A stretch of 64,000 nt of DNA. It comes from Myxococcales bacterium. GTDB taxonomy: Bacteria; Myxococcota_A; Polyangia; Haliangiales; SHYZ01. The translations under genes and the position numbers were made by a program. The stretch lies in contig SHYZ01000003.1 in assembly GCA_009692535.1 (NCBI GenBank), positions 1,277 to 65,276 of the forward strand. Reading direction: 5' to 3'. Below, one piece after another: positions 19,933 to 30,127 of the stretch. Position 1 is the stretch's first letter; each line of letters starts with the position of its first letter. Under the pieces are notes generated by a model. That model made no database searches, had not been told where the DNA came from, and worked only from the letters and a program-made list of their open reading frames with translations.

Positions 19933-22683
19933 CTAGCCTTCGTCGGGCGGCGGCACGAACGCGGGGACCGTGACCTCGATGGTGATCGGAATCTCGCCGG
20001 TCCCCTTCACCTCGTGCGGCGCACAGAAGGCGCGCAGATTGTCCCCCTCACGCTCGATGTACTGAAAGATCTGCTGCATCCCTTGGAGCTCGTTCGGCAT
20101 CGGGACCGCGCAGACCGTGTAACTCCCCGCCGGCAGGTTGCCCATGCGCGCCGCGCCGCCGCCGAAGGAGATCCCGAACGACGAGGTCGCCTCACCGAGC
20201 GCGGCGATCTCGGTCTCGAGCGCACGCGCGGTGGTCGCGGTGAGTAGTCCGCGCGCAGTACGCACCTGCGCCAGCTTCACCTCCCCCTCGGCGGCGTGCG
20301 GCGTCACCACCAGCGTCGCGGTCTCCGTCGGGATCGTGAGCGCGACCTTCGCCGTGCGCCCCTCCTCGAGGATGACGACCTGCGAGTGAAAGGCCATGCC
20401 GCCCATCGGATTTCTGCCGGTCATCGCTGACACGACGTAGGTGTCGGCGGCGAGCCGGTCGAAGCGGAACGCACCGTCGGGACCGGTCTGGATCATGAAG
20501 TTCGTCGTCGTCACCGTCTGCGCCGTCGCGTTGACCATGAGCTCCTCGACCGGCTGTCCGCCGCGCGTGACGGTCCCTTCGAGTGCGCCGAACGGCTTGA
20601 GCACGAGGTCGATCGTCGCCGGCTGCGTGCCACCCGCGACCTGCACCGCCTGCGAGCGACCGAGCGTCTCGTGATCCGCGAGCAGCGCGAGCTCGCGCGG
20701 CCCGACGCCGAACAGCGTGTAGACGCCCTCGTCGTCGGCAGTCGCGCTGCGGACCACGCCGCCACCGCCGGGACCGAAGCCGCGCGTGCTCGGGCGTGCG
20801 CCATCACCAAAGAGTCGTCGCCCCGCGAACACCGTCGCGCCAGCCGCAGGTGCGCCGGCCGCGGTGAGCACGCGCCCGGTGATGATGCGCCCCTTCTTCA
20901 CGGTGAGCGTCCCGACGTTGAGCGCCTTCCCCTCCTCGACGTCGACCTCGACGCGCTTCTGATCGAAGCTCGGCCCGGTGACCGTGAGGCTCCGCTTGCC
21001 GGGCGGCACGTTCTCCAGCTCAAACGTGCCGTCCTTCGCGGAGAACGGCGTGCCCTGCCCCATCCCGGCCGACGCCGTGTAGAGCTCAGGCGCGCTGCCG
21101 TCGGCGAAGAGCACGCGGCCGACCACCGAACCGTCCTCGGGCAGCACGATCTTCACGTTCTGATCGCCGACCTCGGCGTCGACCGGGTCCTGCTGCCAGT
21201 TGCGCCCCGGCGCGCCGGTGCGGCTCGCACGCAGTTGATAGTCCCCCTCGCGCAGGCCGCGCAGCACGAAGCGGCCGCCCGTGTCGGTCAGCTCCTGCGC
21301 GCGCCCACGCAGCCCCCACTCGCCACGCCCGCGCCGACTGAGCGCAGCGAGTCCACGCGCGTTCGGCCGCGCCGAGACCATCGCCTCGGGCACCGGCTCA
21401 CCGCGCGGATCGACGACGACGCCTGAGATCGTGCCGTCGAGATCGAGCTTGAGCTCGAGGTCCCGCCGATCGCCGGCGGTAAGATCCACGTCGACCGTTT
21501 CGCTCGTCGCGGTCTCGTGGATCGCGACCGCTTGCGCCTTCTTGCGCGGCACGCCGGTGAGCGAGAACGTGCCGTCCTCGCCGGCGACCGTCTGCCGGAT
21601 GTCGCCCTGTCCCTGCCCTTCGCCGGTGGGCGCGACCCGCACCGACGCCCACCCGACCGGCTCGCCCGCCTTCGACACCACGCGACCAGCGACGGTCGCG
21701 CCCTCTTCGAGACGAATCTCCACGCCGGTCTTGTCAGTGGTCCCATCGAGCGTCACCTGCGCCGACGAGCCGGGCGCGGAGCCCTCTCGCCGCGCAACGA
21801 ACCGAAACGTCCCGGCCGGCAGCGCCTCGAAGCGCCAAGCCCCGCGCGCGTCGCTAACCGCCGCATCACGACGCGAGTCGGCCTCGTTGCCCCACTCCGA
21901 CACGCCGGCAAAGAGCACCGACGCGCCTTCGATCGCCGTGCCGTCGACGGCGAGCACAGTGCCCGACACCGCTGCGCCGCGACGAAGCGAGATCGTCTCG
22001 CGCTCGAGTACCGGCTCAGCGCCCGACTGGCGCGCCACCGCGACGCCGGTAAACGTCTTGCCGTAGCCCGGCGCCCACGCCACCGCGGTCTGCCACCCTG
22101 ATGGCACCTGGGTGAGCAGCGCCTTGCCGTCCGCGCCGGTGGTCGCCGTGATCGTCTCGAGATCGCGCAGTTCGATCGTCGCGCCGTCGATCGGCGCGCG
22201 CGTGACGGCGTCGATGACCGTGACCTCGACCGACGCGCCGGGCCGCAGCCTGAGCGTGACCGGATCGCTCGTCGCCGTGAGCCGTGCGGTGACCGGACCG
22301 GCGATCCCCTGCGGCGCGCGCGCGACCAGCGTGTACGGCCGGCCGACCAGCTTGTCGACGAAGAAGCTGCCGTCATCGCCGCTCTCGACGGTGCGCGGTG
22401 GATTCGCGCTCACCGTGACGATCGCCCCCGCGACCGGCTGCTCTGCGGCGTCGAGCACGATCCCCTCGAGCCGAAGCGTCCCCTCGCGATCGTCGTCGAC
22501 GAGCACGCGTTGGTCTTCGCCGCCGCTGCGCCGGTCGCCACCCGACTCGGGCGCGCGACGGTCGGGTGCGCGTGGCGCCTCGACGGTGGCGGTCAGCTTG
22601 GGCGAGCTTGTGCGCTTGCGCAGGACGAGCCCGAGGCCCACGAGGGCGACGATTACGATGCCGATGACGACGCGACGCTTCAT
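19933..22683 (-). CDS. membrane-anchored protein with multiple carboxypeptidase-regulatory-like (Ig-fold) repeats
   Basis: N-terminal TM segment VVIGIVIVALVGLGLVL. About 9-10 reiterations of the pattern G.V.d..G.PvagA.V......t.tdadG.f.l..l..G.Y.l.a. Confidence 0.65.
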   Translation of the reverse strand: MKRRVVIGIVIVALVGLGLVLRKRTSSPKLTATVEAPRAPDRRAPESGGDRRSGGEDQRVLVDDDREGTLRLEGIVLDAAEQPVAGAIVTVSANPPRTVESGDDGSFFVDKLVGRPYTLVARAPQGIAGPVTARLTATSDPVTLRLRPGASVEVTVIDAVTRAPIDGATIELRDLETITATTGADGKALLTQVPSGWQTAVAWAPGYGKTFTGVAVARQSGAEPVLERETISLRRGAAVSGTVLAVDGTAIEGASVLFAGVSEWGNEADSRRDAAVSDARGAWRFEALPAGTFRFVARREGSAPGSSAQVTLDGTTDKTGVEIRLEEGATVAGRVVSKAGEPVGWASVRVAPTGEGQGQGDIRQTVAGEDGTFSLTGVPRKKAQAVAIHETATSETVDVDLTAGDRRDLELKLDLDGTISGVVVDPRGEPVPEAMVSARPNARGLAALSRRGRGEWGLRGRAQELTDTGGRFVLRGLREGDYQLRASRTGAPGRNWQQDPVDAEVGDQNVKIVLPEDGSVVGRVLFADGSAPELYTASAGMGQGTPFSAKDGTFELENVPPGKRSLTVTGPSFDQKRVEVDVEEGKALNVGTLTVKKGRIITGRVLTAAGAPAAGATVFAGRRLFGDGARPSTRGFGPGGGGVVRSATADDEGVYTLFGVGPRELALLADHETLGRSQAVQVAGGTQPATIDLVLKPFGALEGTVTRGGQPVEELMVNATAQTVTTTNFMIQTGPDGAFRFDRLAADTYVVSAMTGRNPMGGMAFHSQVVILEEGRTAKVALTIPTETATLVVTPHAAEGEVKLAQVRTARGLLTATTARALETEIAALGEATSSFGISFGGGAARMGNLPAGSYTVCAVPMPNELQGMQQIFQYIEREGDNLRAFCAPHEVKGTGEIPITIEVTVPAFVPPPDEG

Positions 22684-22821
22684 CCGTTAAACCTCCAGGA
22701 CCGGCGGACGATACACTGGCGCGCCAGCGTCCGGCGACCCACCCGCTGGTCGCTGCGCGACAATGGCCCTGTCGCTGAGCCCGCTGACGAACGGCCCCGC
22801 CGCTGCTGCTAGAGTCGCCGC

Positions 22822-24099
22822 GTGCGCCCGCGCCTCCTTCTCGTGCTGCCGAAGACGAGTTACCGCGGCGACGCCTTCCTCGACGCGGCGCGCGCCGCCG
22901 GCGCCGACGTCTGTGTGGCGTCTGATCGCTGCCACCAGCTCGATGGGCACTACGAGTTCCCTGCCGGCTCGTTCGTGATCGACCTTCTCCACCCCGACGA
23001 AGCCGCCGCCGCCATCGCCCGCGACGCCCGCGAGCGCCCGGTCGTCGCTGTGCTCGGTGCCGGCGGCGAGGCCGCAGCGTACGTCGCGGCCCTCGCCTCG
23101 CGTCTGCTCGGGCTGCCGGCCAATCCGCCCGAGGCCGCGCTCGCCGCCGGTGACAAGCTGCTCCTCCGCACCCGCCTCGCCACAGCCAGCGTGTCCCAGC
23201 CACGCTTCGCCGTCGCGACGGAGCACGAGTCCTCCGCCGTCATCGCTGCGCGCGTCACCGCCGGCCCCGGCTTCCCCTGCGTCGTGAAGCCGCGCTTCCT
23301 CTCGGGCAGCCGCGGCGTGATGCGCGCCGACGACGAGGTCGAGCTCGCAGCGCGACTCGCACGGCTCTGGCGGCTGCTCGCAATCCCCGAGCTGCGCGCC
23401 CACGGCGGCGATGCGGCGCAGAGCGTCCTCGTCGAGGAATTCGTGCCGGGCGCCGAGGTCGCCTTCGAAGGGCTGCTCGATCACGGCGCGCTTCGTACCC
23501 TCGCACTGTTCGACAAGCCCGATCCGCTCGACGGGCCGTTCTTTGAGGAGTCGCTCTACATCACGCCGTCACGGCTCGCCGACGACGAACAGGCGCGCAT
23601 CGCGCACGTCGTGGCCGAGGCCGCGCACGCCCTCGGTCTCATCGACGGTCCCATCCACGCCGAGCTCCGCCTCGGCGCCAACGGCCCGGTCGTGCTCGAG
23701 GTCGCCGCACGATCGATCGGCGGCCTCTGCTCACGCGCGCTCCGCTTCGGCACCGGCCTCTCACTAGAAGAGCTCCTCGTCCGCCACGCCCTCGGGCACG
23801 ACATCGCCACCCACACACGCGAGCGCAGCGCCGCCGGCGCGATGATGCTGCCGATCCCCGCCGCTGGCGTGCTCGACGAGGTCACCGGCGTCGCCGCCGC
23901 GCTCGCGCTGCCCGGCATCGAAGACGTCGTGATCACGCTGCCGCTCGGTCACCGTGTCGTCCCGCTCCCCGAGGGCTCGAGCTACCTCGGCTTCGTCTTC
24001 GCGCGCGGCGAGACCCCTGCCGCCGTCGAGGCGAGCCTGCGCGCAGCACACCGCGCCCTCGGCTTCCGCATCACCCCGCGACTCGCGACCACAGACTGA
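22822..24099 (+). CDS. ATP-grasp domain protein (L-amino-acid-ligase-like)
   Basis: Typical ATP-grasp layout: DK..LR, PCVVKPRFLSGSRGV, LVEEFVPGAEVAFEG, GPIHAELRL. Substrate unknown. Confidence 0.7.
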   Translation: MRPRLLLVLPKTSYRGDAFLDAARAAGADVCVASDRCHQLDGHYEFPAGSFVIDLLHPDEAAAAIARDARERPVVAVLGAGGEAAAYVAALASRLLGLPANPPEAALAAGDKLLLRTRLATASVSQPRFAVATEHESSAVIAARVTAGPGFPCVVKPRFLSGSRGVMRADDEVELAARLARLWRLLAIPELRAHGGDAAQSVLVEEFVPGAEVAFEGLLDHGALRTLALFDKPDPLDGPFFEESLYITPSRLADDEQARIAHVVAEAAHALGLIDGPIHAELRLGANGPVVLEVAARSIGGLCSRALRFGTGLSLEELLVRHALGHDIATHTRERSAAGAMMLPIPAAGVLDEVTGVAAALALPGIEDVVITLPLGHRVVPLPEGSSYLGFVFARGETPAAVEASLRAAHRALGFRITPRLATTD

Positions 24100-24179
24100 C
24101 TAGACGCGCCCCGCAGCGGCAAGCGCGAAGTCGCCGGCGAACTCGAGCGCATCGCCACGTCGACGACGTAAGGCGACTG

Positions 24180-25583
24180 CTATCGCTCTACGCTCCCCAA
24201 CTGGGAGCGCGTCGGTTCCGCTCAGCAGAACCACGGCTCGGTGAGGCGCGGCACGCGACGGCGTGGTCGCGGTGCGGCCTCAGCGGGGGCCGGCTCGCCC
24301 GCGAGGGCTGCAGCAAGCGCATGGATGCGCGCGAAGATCACCCCCGGCGCGAGTGCTGCGTCCGCGGTCTCCTCGACGAGCGCCGACACCCGCTGCTGCA
24401 GTACGTCCATGCGCGGATCCGGGTGCACCCACGAGTACGCGAGCGCCGCTTCGTCGAGCGGGCCGAGCAGCGGTGCCGTGTCGGCGTGATCGGCGAGCAG
24501 CGACCCGGGTGGCACCAGCAGCCGGATCGAGAGCTGCACGGGATCGACCTCCTCCTCCAGCTCCTCGTCGCGCACGAAGCGACAGAGCGCGAGAAAATCT
24601 TCGAGCGTCGAGAGCGGCGTGAACGGTACGAAGGTCGGCCGCACCGAGATGCCCGCTCCGCGCAGGAGCGCGATCGCCGTGTGCGCGTCGGCAGCGGTGT
24701 GCCCCTTGTCGAGCAGCGTGAGCACGCGCTCCGAGAGCGACTCAAACGCCGAGACCACGAAGAGACACCCGAGCGCACGAAGCTCAGCCAGGAGCGCGCG
24801 GTGCCGAAGCAGGTGCTCGACCTTGATCGTCGCGTCAAACGTCACCGTCGCGTCGAGCGCGTGCAGCCCGCGTGCGAGCGCGAGCGCGTGGCGCGGGCCG
24901 TTGAGAAAATCGGGGTCGGTAAAGCTGATGTGCCGCGCGCCCGCGTCGAGCTGCCGTTGCGCGTCGGCGAGCGCGACCTCGACCGGCACCGCGAAGAACC
25001 GCCCACCGTAGATCGGTGGCAGCGGACAGTGCCGGCACATGTGCAGGCAGCCGCGCGAGCCTTCGACGGCGCCAGCGACGACCAGTCGCTCGCCGTCGTC
25101 GAGCTTTACGTACGACGCGAGTGCCGCGAGTCCGTCCCGCACCGGCACGACGTAGCTCGGTCGACGTGTCGGTATGGCTGGCGCCGCCACGCTAGACCGC
25201 TCGCCACGCGCGAGCGCGACCAACTCGGCCTCGTACTCCGGCCCAAGCGCCACCGCGCCAAACGCGCGCGCCAGCCAATCGGCGTGGAGCGGCGCGTAGA
25301 GCCCGTAGAAGCAGACCGTCCGCTCGCCCCCGAGCGCGCGCACCCGCTCGGCCACACGTGCGCCGAGCCGGAGCGCGGTGTGCATCGGCGCCGAGATCGC
25401 GACCAGCCGCGCCCGCGTGAGCGCCGCCATGGCGGCCTCGCCGCCGAGCGACTCCTGACCCACGTCGAGCGTCGCCGGGGAAAATCCCGCAGCGGCGAGC
25501 GCCGCAAACGCCGACGCCAGCCCATGCGGCTGGCGCCCGAGTTCGTACGTCGAGACGAGGAGAATCTCCCCCGCGCCGGTCAC
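24180..25583 (-). CDS. B12-binding-domain radical SAM protein, probable selenoprotein with C-terminal C-U-A-E-P tail (UGA at 24224-24222 read as Sec)
   Basis: CxxxCxxC motif (GCLHMCRHC) and an N-terminal B12-binding-like domain (ILLVSTYELGRQPHGLA). The ORF track ends at TGA, but the same frame continues ...EPWFC-TGA-AEPTRSQLGSVER-TAG. A SECIS-like hairpin lies 12 nt after the UGA. GTG start at 25583 is 7 nt after the yggX stop. Confidence 0.7.
24190..24210 (-). promoter_or_regulatory. candidate bacterial SECIS hairpin
   Basis: mRNA sequence CGCUCCC-AGUUG-GGGAGCG forms a 7-bp perfect stem plus a flanking G-U pair. The apical loop contains GU. The stem begins 12-13 nt after the in-frame UGA. 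Confidence 0.5.
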
Positions 25584-25590
25584 CGCGCCG

Positions 25591-25866
25591 TCACTTCGTC
25601 GACGGTGGCCGGAAGTCGGGCGGGAGCTGGGCACCCTCGCCGAAGAAATACTTCTCCGCCTCCTCGAGCAGCAGCGCCTGGCCGCGTGGCGAGAAGAGGT
25701 CGACGCGGTACTCGTTCACGATCATCTTCGAGTGCTCGAGCCAGAGCTTCCACGCCTCCTGCGAGACGCTGTCGAAGATGCGCTGCCCGAGGTCGTTGTC
25801 GAACGGCTTGTACGAGACGCCAGGAAGCTCCTTGCCGATCTTTACGCAGTTCACCATGCGGGCCAT
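25591..25866 (-). CDS. yggX: YggX-family Fe(II)-trafficking / oxidative damage protection protein
   Basis: 91 aa. [16 protein letters not shown]...[36 protein letters not shown] aligns by eye with E. coli YggX (...[31 protein letters not shown]...). Confidence 0.8.
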   Translation of the reverse strand: MARMVNCVKIGKELPGVSYKPFDNDLGQRIFDSVSQEAWKLWLEHSKMIVNEYRVDLFSPRGQALLLEEAEKYFFGEGAQLPPDFRPPSTK

Positions 25867-25944
25867 GAAAACCTCCAGACGCGCACTATAGCCACAGTCG
25901 GTGAATTCTTGCCGGTGTCACTCCCGCCTCGTAAGCTCCGATCC

Positions 25945-26325
25945 ATGCAGAGCCGCACCGAGCGCAGGGGACGCAGAAGCACCGACGTCCTCGTCGCGCT
26001 CCGCTACCAGCTTGAGACCTGTCGTGAAGAGGCCGAACTTCTGGCGCTGGTGATCTCCGACGAGCACGGCATCTGTCTCGCGTCAGCGGGCGCTGCCGAC
26101 ACCTGCGAGGAGATGGCAGCCCGCCTGCCGATGCTCGCGCGCCGCGGCGAGCACACCAGCAACATGCCGCTCGGCTTCGAGGGGAGCGAGCTGCCGGTCG
26201 CGCTGCGCCGCTTCGAGCACGAGGGCTCTCCGCTCTACGTCTGCGCGGTAGGCGACGCTGCGGATCAAGCCGGCGTGCAGCTCGAGCGCTCGCTCCGCGG
26301 CGTGACGCGCATCCTCGCGGGCTAG
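25945..26325 (+). CDS. hypothetical protein (possibly Roadblock/LC7-like)
   Basis: ATG at 25945; 126 aa. The pattern LALVISDEHGICLASAG is reminiscent of roadblock/MglB-type folds. Weak call. Confidence 0.4.
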   Translation: MQSRTERRGRRSTDVLVALRYQLETCREEAELLALVISDEHGICLASAGAADTCEEMAARLPMLARRGEHTSNMPLGFEGSELPVALRRFEHEGSPLYVCAVGDAADQAGVQLERSLRGVTRILAG

Positions 26326-26346
26326 CGCCCGTAGGCGCACCTGGCG

Positions 26347-26652
26347 CTAGTGACGCGCGGCACCGCTCGCCAGCTCGGCGAGCCATGCGTCGACACGCGC
26401 GCCGGCGGTGAGCGACGACGAGAACTCGCCGTACGCCAGCTCAGGATGCGCGCGACGCGCCTCGTCGAGCGAGAGCGACGTGAGCTTCGGCTCGCCCTGC
26501 GCGTTCGGCTCTGCCACCAGCCAGTAGCTCCGCCCCTCGTCGAGACAGTTCTCCGGCGAATACGCGCGATGAAACTCATAGCTGCGCGCCCCTTCGATCC
26601 GGCGACACGCTGGCTGGGCGACCCAGCCGTTCGGCAGTTGATGACTCGACAT
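26347..26652 (-). CDS. hypothetical protein
   Basis: ATG at 26652 is preceded by GAGGAGGAA. 101 aa with no recognised domain. The longer 131-aa version starts at an ATG abutting its RBS-like sequence. Confidence 0.4.
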   Translation of the reverse strand: MSSHQLPNGWVAQPACRRIEGARSYEFHRAYSPENCLDEGRSYWLVAEPNAQGEPKLTSLSLDEARRAHPELAYGEFSSSLTAGARVDAWLAELASGAARH

Positions 26653-26754
26653 CGGTTCCTCCTCGGGCGCGCGAGCATACTCGAACATCCTCGGCTCCAC
26701 GCACGGCTCAGCCGCGCAGCACGTGCACGCTAGGGGTACCATCCTTGCCTGGCC

Positions 26755-27755
26755 GTGCCCTCCCTCCCCGACGCAGCAGCGCCGACCGACCCTGCCGCGT
26801 CAAGCCTCGTCGCAACGACTCCCGGCTTGGCCGTGCGCGTGCTGCTCGCGCCGTCGGTGCCCGACTGGATCATCGCCACGTATGTATTCGCGTTCGCCGC
26901 TGCGCTCGCGCTGGCCACGCCCTCCCCCGTGCGGAACCGCGAGCTCCTCTACCTCATCACGGTCGGCGTGGCGTACGTCGGTGCGGTGCTGCTCTTCCGG
27001 CTCCGCCTCGACCGACGCGCCGCCGGACTCCCGATGCCGCGAGCAGCACTCGCCGGGTATCGGCTCCTCGCCTTCGTCGCGATCATGGCGGTGTTCTTTC
27101 GTCTGCGCGCGATCCTCCCGATCGTCGCGCCAGGGAACATGGACGCGGAGCTCTATCAGCTCGACCTCTTGCTCTTCGGCGTCGAGCCGACGCTGACGCT
27201 CGAGCCCTGGTCCACGCCGCTGGTCGTCGGCTGGTTCGCGTTCTACTACGGGCTCTACTTCTTCATCCTTGCGGGCTTCGTGTTCACCTCGCTCCTCGGC
27301 GGGCGCGACGAACGCAGGATGACCGAGCTCATTGCCGGGCTCGGCATGGTGACCGGCATCGGACAGTTGCTTTACATGCTCGTGCCCGGTTTCGGGCCGG
27401 TCGCGCATCTCGCCGCCGACTTCGCGGGTCCGCTCGACGGTGGCATGGCGCACGAGCTGGTCGTGCGCCTCGCGGCGACGGCTGGTCCACAGAAGGATGT
27501 ATTCCCGTCGCTCCACACCGCGGTGCCGACGTTCCTCGCGCTCTTCTGCTTCCGCCACCACCGCCGGCTCGCGCCCTGGATGACCTTCTTCGCGGTGAAC
27601 ATCGCCTGCGCGACGGTGGTGCTGCGCTGGCACTGGACCGTCGACGTCGTCGCGGGGCTCGCGCTCGCGGTGATCGGGCACCGGCTCGCGCCTCAGCTCG
27701 TGCTCACATGGCAGCGGCTGCGCGAGCGCCACCGGGTCCACACCTCGGTGATCTG

Positions 27756-27759
<4 letters not shown>
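26755..27759 (+). CDS. PAP2-superfamily integral membrane protein (sphingolipid/IPC-synthase-like)
   Basis: At least 6 predicted TM segments. PSLHTA and RWHWTVDVVAG motifs resemble the C2/C3 motifs of PAP2/sphingomyelin-synthase-like enzymes. Start uncertain. Confidence 0.6.
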
Positions 27760-28047
<288 letters not shown>

Positions 28048-28069
28048 CAACCGGCATGACGAACCGCGC

Positions 28070-28822
28070 TTAGCGCCCGACGCGGCGCCAGAGCGCGAGC
28101 TGCCCGAGCAGCGCGGCGGCCGCGGCCTCGACGCGCAGGATCGCCGGAGCGATCGCAACCTCGACGAAGCCGAGCTGCGCGAAGCTCGCGCGCTCCTCGG
28201 CGATCCAGCCCCCCTCGGGGCCGATCGCGACACAGCTCGAGCCGAGCGTTCCTGCCGGCACTGCCGACTCGAGCGTCTGCGGCACTCCCGGGTGCGCCAA
28301 CAACAGCACGCCGCGAGCGCCGTCGGCAGCGAGGCGTGGCGCGAGCACCTCGTCGAGGAACGGCACCAGCAGCGGCCGCGTCGCGACCTCGGGCACCCAG
28401 GTGGTTCCGCCCTGCTCGCAGCCGAGTCGCAGCGCAGCGCCGAGCGCGGCTTCATCGAGCCGACTCGAGCCGAGGAAGCTCTTGTCGACGCGCCACGCGT
28501 TCACCAAGTCGATCCGCCGCACGCCGAACGCAGCCAGCGTCACGAGCACACGCGAGAGCACCTTCGGGCGCGGCACCGCGAGGATGACGTCGAGTTCCGG
28601 CGTGACCGGTGCAGACTCATCGAAGCGCGCGGCGAGCACGACCTCCTCTGCGGTCGCACGCGTTACCTCGGCGCGGCCGAGCGATCCGCGCACGACGCCG
28701 ACCTTGAGCACGCGCCCCGGCGCGACGCGCAACACCTCCCACAGATGCCGCGCGCGTCGACCGCGCAGCACGACCGCGCCGCTCGCGTCGACCTCCTCCG
28801 GTTCCAGCAGCACGAGGTTCAC
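28070..28822 (-). CDS. rsmE: 16S rRNA (uracil1498-N3)-methyltransferase
   Basis: RsmE-like PUA N-terminus (RHLWEVLRV..G..L.VG) and C-terminal SPOUT motif IGPEGGW...E. 250 aa. Confidence 0.8.
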   Translation of the reverse strand: MNLVLLEPEEVDASGAVVLRGRRARHLWEVLRVAPGRVLKVGVVRGSLGRAEVTRATAEEVVLAARFDESAPVTPELDVILAVPRPKVLSRVLVTLAAFGVRRIDLVNAWRVDKSFLGSSRLDEAALGAALRLGCEQGGTTWVPEVATRPLLVPFLDEVLAPRLAADGARGVLLLAHPGVPQTLESAVPAGTLGSSCVAIGPEGGWIAEERASFAQLGFVEVAIAPAILRVEAAAAALLGQLALWRRVGR

Positions 28823-28878
28823 GCGCCGAGGATACGCGCGCTTTCACGGCGTGCATCGCTCGCGTATGCTCGCGCACG

Positions 28879-29433
28879 ATGCACGCTGGCGCCTCGGTCC
28901 GTACCGCGCTCGTCGTCGCCGCACTCGGCGCACTCAGCTCGCCCGCCTGCACCGACGGTGACGATGACGTCGTCGTCGCCCCCCTCCCCGACCTCCCCTA
29001 CTGCACGCCGTTCGCCGAGTGGGATCCCGCGTTCGTCGCGCTCGAGGTCGAGGTGCTCGTGCTGATGAACCAGCGCCGTGGCGCACCCGCCGACTGCGGC
29101 GGCCTCGCCTACGCGCCCGCACCCGCGCTCACGATGCACCCGGCGCTCCACTGCGCCGCGCGCGCACACTCGCGGGACATGGCCGACCGCGCCTTCTTCG
29201 ATCACACCAACCCCGACGGCGCCACGCCGTTCGACCGCATGGCCTCGGCCGGGTACCCGCTCGTCACCGGTGGCGAGAACATCGCGATGGGCTACCCCGA
29301 CGCACCATCGGTGATGGAGGGGTGGATGACCAGCCCCGGCCACTGCGCCAACATCATGTCGCAGGATTTCACCGAGGCGGGCGTCGGCTACTTCCTCGGC
29401 GCGTATTTCACGACCACGTTCGGCCGCAGGTAG
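28879..29433 (+). CDS. CAP (SCP/YkwD-like) domain lipoprotein
   Basis: Lipobox LSSPACT. HSRDMADRAFFDHTNPDG...GENIA...MEGWMTSPGHCANIM is typical of CAP-domain proteins. Confidence 0.75.
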   Translation: MHAGASVRTALVVAALGALSSPACTDGDDDVVVAPLPDLPYCTPFAEWDPAFVALEVEVLVLMNQRRGAPADCGGLAYAPAPALTMHPALHCAARAHSRDMADRAFFDHTNPDGATPFDRMASAGYPLVTGGENIAMGYPDAPSVMEGWMTSPGHCANIMSQDFTEAGVGYFLGAYFTTTFGRR

Positions 29434-29437
29434 CGCG

Positions 29438-30127
29438 TCACGGCGCGCCGAGCTGCCACGGCCCGCGCCGCGTCGGCATGAGCAGCGCGGCCGCGAGCGC
29501 ATCGAGGTAGCGCGACCGCCGCCAGAGCGTGGCGCCAAATCGCGCGAGGTGATCGGTGTGGACCTGGCAGTCGACCAGCCCGATCCCCCAGCGCTCGAGC
29601 TCGCCGAGCAGCGTCGCGAACGCGACCTTCGACGCGTCGGGTTCGTGTGCAAACATCGACTCGCCCATGAACATCCCGCCGAGCGACACGCCGTAGAGCC
29701 CGCCGACGAGCTTGTCGTCCTGCCACGCCTCCGCCGAGTGCGCCCAGCCGAGGCGGTGGAGCTCACCGTAGGCGCGCGCCATGTCGCCGGTGATCCAGGT
29801 GCCGCGTTGTCCGGGGCGCCAGGTCTTCGCGCAGGCGCGCACCACCGCGTCGAACGCCGTGTCGAAGCGAACTTCGAAGCGCCCACGCCGCAGCTCGCGC
29901 AGCACGCTACGAGGCACGTGCCGCGCACCGACCTCCAGCACCATGCGCGGGTCTGGCGCGTGCCAGAGGATCGGCAGCCCCTCCTCGTACCAAGGGAAGA
30001 TGCCCGATGCGTACGCGAGCAGCAGGCGCTCCGGCGCAAGATCTCCGCCGACGGCGAGGAGGCCGTCGCGGTCGGCCAGCTCCACGTCGGGAAACGCGAG
30101 CCGCTCGTCGAGGCGAAACCGGGGCAC
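29438..30127 (-). CDS. aat: leucyl/phenylalanyl-tRNA--protein transferase
   Basis: GLLAVGGDL...LLLAYASGIFPW...PILWHAPDPR...GGLYGVSLGGMFMGESMF motifs. GTG at 30127 gives 229 aa. The upstream part of the 511-aa ORF is antisense shadow of the next gene. Confidence 0.85.
   Translation of the reverse strand: MPRFRLDERLAFPDVELADRDGLLAVGGDLAPERLLLAYASGIFPWYEEGLPILWHAPDPRMVLEVGARHVPRSVLRELRRGRFEVRFDTAFDAVVRACAKTWRPGQRGTWITGDMARAYGELHRLGWAHSAEAWQDDKLVGGLYGVSLGGMFMGESMFAHEPDASKVAFATLLGELERWGIGLVDCQVHTDHLARFGATLWRRSRYLDALAAALLMPTRRGPWQLGAP

Noticed and set aside
26653-26742. CTCCAAEPC peptide (MVPLACTCCAAEPCVEP) in the 5' extension of ORF 26347..26742, reminiscent of the CCAEP tail motif
   Set aside because: The motif is CCAAEP, not CCAEP, and sits at an N-terminus. 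The ATG abuts its putative RBS, whereas the downstream ATG at 26652 has a strong GAGGAGGAA RBS. Most likely coincidence, though worth a look if the radical SAM family is studied.
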